A DNA stretch of 54,267 bases, the filler included, from Sluysia triapertura (lineage: Eukaryota): the NCBI GenBank assembly GCA_046118255.1. It is 4 parts of 4 records of this genome, joined end to end, with 100 filler letters (N's around TTAATTAATTAA, not from the genome) between each part and the next. Parts side by side here need not be neighbours in the genome. Positions count along the whole stretch, not along the records: positions 39,409 to 54,267 come from JBJNIA010246651.1; 3 more parts are not named here. One strand, written 5' to 3'. Position numbers and translations under genes: made by a program. Below, one piece after another: positions 49,914-54,267 of the stretch; position 1 is the stretch's first letter, and every line of letters starts with the position of its first letter. The notes under the pieces are model-generated. The model saw only the letters and a program-made list of their open reading frames with translations. It did not search any database and was not told where the DNA came from.

Positions 49914-51074
49914 TATAATCATTGTAATTACAAAACCTAAACATTTCATACTCGTACAACATCAAAGTTAATGGTTTCATTTTAAACAGATGCATTTGAA
50001 AAGTCAGGAAATCCAAACAATTTTCACGTAACATATTACTAGAAAATAACTAGTGAAATTTACACTGACAAGTAGGCGGAAAGTTTACAAAAATTTAATG
50101 AACCATATAAGTCTCTTCATGATAATATAAATAAACGTTTCAGAAAAGTACAAGATCGAGTATCTTGTTTGTGTTGAATTTGATATGAATATATAGGATA
50201 TGCATGGAGACTACTTGGAATATTCGGAACTTTTGTTGGTGAAAATAAAAATGAAGCAGTGTTATTCTACCTTACCAGACAATATGCTAAATATTTCTAT
50301 GTTAGTTTTGTAATCGGTGATGAATATTTTTCATACAAAATACAACGTGAAGTTGATTTTTCTACGTTCAAATGACTCATCAAATTCTAACAGATGCTAT
50401 TGAAATTTGAGATGAAAAATGAATGTAGATACCTGTCTGAAATGTATAACTGTAAAATTGATTTTTATCAAGTATTCTTTGATGAACAATATCGAATTGC
50501 ACTTAAAAGGTAAACTAAATTTTGTCAGATATTGTTATTTAGCTGACACTTGTTTAGCTGATACCTGTTTAGATATTTTTGTAATGCTAGCAAATTCATC
50601 TCACACTTATGAGGATCTAAATTATTCGATATTAAAATCATACGCACCTGATGTTAATACGACATCACTAGTATTTTGTAGCGGTGATATAATCACAGTT
50701 TTACAATTTGAAAAATCTTTTTCGTCAAAATTTTGTACAAGATGTAAACCTGGAGATGATGTATGTAATACCGAACCGAATATTATTAGCATTAAAAGAC
50801 CGATGTTGTAGTATTATAAAGTTATAAGTTTATCTAGTAGTTTTGTTTGGAGAATGCACGATATTGTATTTTAAAATCTTACGATGTATCGTGTGTTCAC
50901 GAAGTTATGGATAGGTCAATTAGATTGTTTTCAAAATTTGACTACTAATTTACCTTATGTAGAACTGAAACGTTCGTCATACAGATATTCAGTGATTTGT
51001 TTGTTAAAACAAGGCCATTTTTGTGATAAAATTCAACATTTTTCAAGGATAGTATGAAACTATTAATCAGGATG

Positions 51075-51497
51075 AAACTCTTCATTAGGTTTCCTTCTTG
51101 AAAGTCGACTCGTCATTAAAACACACTTGACTCCAGTCATCCTCAGTTGAATGTTAGTGTTGCTTAGCCCATGCCAACCTTTTACTGATCATCTCTGGTG
51201 TCAACTTAGGCTTTCTCTGGGTCGTCTTACTCGCAAACCATTGTCTACAAGTCTCCTTCTGACTGTTGTGGCACTAACTTGAATTTCGCTTCTGCAAGTC
51301 ATACTAGTAGCTTGTAGAAAGTTTCTCGCGATTTAGAACTTAGCTATATTATATATCGCATTTTGTATATTATACATAACATTTCATATATTATACACAA
51401 TATTTCGTATCCTACACATTCAATAATGAGCAAATGTTAAGAAAACCGAAGAAAATCATATTTTTCCTGTTTTAGTCTAATAACATGGCCACCATTG
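51075..51497 (-). mobile_element. Tc1-like transposon 5' fragment
   Basis: TA|CAATGGTGGCCA terminus and 'KRLAWAKQH*HSTEDDWSQVCFNDESTF'. Confidence 0.75.
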
Positions 51498-51937
51498 TAT
51501 ATATCAAAACAGTCCAATATTATCTAATAATTTCACCGTGGTTTAACATTTTGAACGAATCATTATTATGGTAGCGACCCTATTAATACATCAATTTGTC
51601 TTGTCAAATAACTTTTGATCATTCCTTTTAATAATGTCATTAATGTTTCATTGTTTTATTTTATTCAATAAGTAAATTATTAATAGTTTGCACAGCCTAA
51701 GCTGGTAGTAAAAATATAAGAATGAAATTTTTGTTAAACCAAATAAAAAATGTGATAAAATCGTTTAATTCAACGAGTATTACGATTTTTGTTAGCAAGA
51801 GAACAAGATTACAGATAAGTACAAAGACAACAATGTAAGAGTAGGAACGTTAGGTAAGATATATAATTTGAAAGACTCAAAAGGCATAGAAATTTACGTT
51901 TCAGCTATAATTAAGTCTAAACTTCGTCCTCAAACTC

Positions 51938-52017
<80 letters not shown>

Positions 52018-52133
52018 CATAATGATAATAATAATAATCATTATGATAATAATAATCATAATAATAATCATAGTGATAATAATAATCATTATGATAATAA
52101 TAATCATTATCATAATAATAATCATAATAATAA
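51938..52133 (+). repeat. (AAT)n microsatellite grading into a compound AAT/CAT/GAT repeat
   Basis: Direct reading. Confidence 0.97.
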
Positions 52134-52547
52134 AATTTAAGATCTTACTGGCAAGTTTCAAAATTGAGTTTCGACGAATCGTTGCAGTAGAAAAACTTTC
52201 CTTTGAATAATTGAACAGCAATTACAGCAAAAATAAATTGGAACAAAACGTAAACAATTAATATATTAATGACATTTTTTATTGATTGAATCACTGTTTC
52301 AAATACTTCCTGAAAATAAATCAATTATTAACAATGTCACAAACTCAAAATGCAGACTTAGATACGAAAGTTAGTGATTGTGACTTCGAGATTTCAATGT
52401 AAGATATATCAACAGAATACGGATTTAGTAAGATTTACATAATACAGCTTCTTTATGTAAAATCGTTTCTGTTTCAGAAATATTATAATGAATGATTTAT
52501 TTTAAATGATTTTAACTACGTATTTTGCCGTAGGTATCAGCGCAATA

Positions 52548-52548
<1 letters not shown>

Positions 52549-52595
<47 letters not shown>
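52549..52595 (+). repeat. (ATT)n microsatellite
   Basis: Direct reading. Confidence 0.97.
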
Positions 52596-53317
52596 CAATA
52601 TTGTTATACATAAAAATAATGATGGTAACTTTAGTTTTTAGAATACAATTGTTTTTTAGTTGTTTTTCCCCAATTTTCTAATGAAAAATCCATTTCCAGA
52701 TTCTCATTTTTCATTTCAATCATCTCATTCTGAACTCATTATCTAAATATTAAAAATTCAGCATTCCGTAATTAAAAATTAAAATTTGACTTTGCTCAAT
52801 ATTAAGGCTTTCTCGATCAAACTTTATCTTCATCAAAAGATCTTTACAACACATACATAGTTACAACTTTGACAGTATTCCACAATCAAACATTACTTAT
52901 AAAATTGTACTTTTTTTCTTAATTAAGTTAATTAAGATTTTAATTAATTAATTTACTTTTAAACTTACAGTTGTTTTAGATGCTCCACCTTCACCACTCT
53001 GATTCTTTTTTCTACTTCTCTATGTTAATTATTAATGTATGAAATTTTAACAATGACTTTATCTCACAAATCTCGAATGCTTATCATGGTTCAAAGATTC
53101 TTAAAAGTTGATGAGGTCTTAAATGATCGTAATATTCACAAAATCAAGATTACTATAGAATTTTAATTGCGTCAATTTAAAAATATAAAGACAATAGAAT
53201 TAAATTGCAGATAAAGATGAAGAGAGTTTAAAGTTAAGAATATTATAAATCCTTAAACCTTACATAAAGGGGAGTAATAAACAAAGCAAAATAATCATTG
53301 GTCATTTGACCGGTATC

Positions 53318-53466
53318 CAGTGGCAGAACAAAAGAGGGCAGGGAGGGTCATGTCATGTGGCGCAAAATTGCTTCTAGAAAAATAGAAAAAGAAGTAAATA
53401 ATAGTGCTTTTTGACCATTGGTGATGGTGTTTGGGTTCGCCAGAACACGACCTCGGCACGCCACTA
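53318..53466. mobile_element. Short hAT-like MITE
   Basis: CAGTGGC.. / ..GCCACTA ends around a GC-rich island in AT-rich DNA. Confidence 0.45.
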
Positions 53467-54199
53467 TCTATAAAATTAAAAGTCATGAAATAGTAAAAAA
53501 AACAATACAAAAAAACTAAATATTACTTTAAATAGTAGTAATGAATTCTGGAGTAATGCGATTGGAGGAGAGTAAATATATCCATGGAAAATGTATAGTC
53601 ATTACGAGTTATAGACAAATAATTCACATTAGATTTATGATCATAAATAGCAATAAAAATAAAAAATAACTGGTGTTATGAAGAACTTGTTTTAACACCT
53701 TTTTCTCAGTTGGTTTAACACTACTCAAAGTAAAAATAGATATCCATTTAATTAAGTTTACTGTATTGGGCCAATGAAATGAGTAATGTTTTCGAAATGT
53801 AAAAGTAAGTACTGATTTAGTATCAAGTTTAAATAAATTTTTGAAAATTAAAACGTCTTTTTACATCGATAATTTCNNNNNNNNNNNNNNNNNNNNNNNN
53901 NNNNNNNNNNNNNNNNNNNNNNNNNNNNNNNNNNNNNNNNNNNNNNNNNNNNNNNNNNNNNNNNNNNNNNNNNNNNNNNNNNNNNNNNNNNNNNNNNNNN
54001 NNNNNNNTTAGTTCCCTAATGAAACAAGGAGATAACTAATTTGAGATTATATAATAAGTAATTTCAAAAAATCAGAACACTATCCGCTGATAACAAGGTT
54101 TAAAGAGATAAAAAGAATTCACCCTATAGCAAAAGTTTTTCTCTAAGTAAAAATCCTGTAGATCACTCAACAACTAGTCTTAAATTTCTTCCTCTAGAC

Positions 54200-54226
54200 C
54201 AGTGGTGTCAAAGTGGCGGCCCGTGT
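54200..54226. mobile_element. hAT (Buster/Charlie-like) element end
   Basis: CAGTGGTGTCAAAGTGGCGGCCCGT is the reverse complement of the right end at 11545-11569. It is preceded by CTCTAGAC, which fits the NNNTANNN target preference. Confidence 0.7.
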
Positions 54227-54267
54227 ATTTACAAACAATACCAGGATAGGTACACGAATATTCATCC

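Noticed and set aside
50419-50811. ORF as a further exon of the furin-repeat gene
   Set aside because: It lacks furin-repeat cysteine spacing, and the furin frame can stop at TGA 43215-43217.
51868-52221. Poly-Asn/poly-Ile ORFs (also poly-Ile in 5155-5481 and poly-Tyr in 17815-18132)
   Set aside because: These are translations of (AAT)n microsatellites.

Overview
Very AT-rich animal genomic DNA from a draft assembly, with N-gaps at about 11.6, 25.4, 39.3 and 53.9 kb. Introns are either tiny (31-36 nt) or kb-sized and filled with transposable elements (TEs), which fits a compact parasitic invertebrate; an orthonectid such as Intoshia is a guess, not shown. Recognisable genes are a LIN-54/tesmin CXC protein (-), an SLC4 anion transporter (-, partial), cactin (-) head-to-head with RNA Pol II subunit RPB11 (+), a furin-repeat Cys-rich protein (+) and domain III-IV exons of a Cav2-like calcium channel (-). 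The rest is mostly decayed TEs (Tc1/mariner, pogo, hAT, piggyBac, LINE fragments), two tRNA-derived repeats and (AAT)n microsatellites. The most interesting signal is a dispersed non-coding family of about 0.5-0.7 kb, with three long copies, one partial copy and two divergent ones. Each long copy has an A-rich leader, a short segment ending in a GTAAG donor-like site, an array of bulged hairpins and a terminal stem-loop/pseudoknot whose pairs covary between copies. One copy runs into a duplicated promoter cassette with six perfect heat-shock elements, CCAAT, TATA and YY1-like motifs. All calls are by eye; no searches or folding programs were run.
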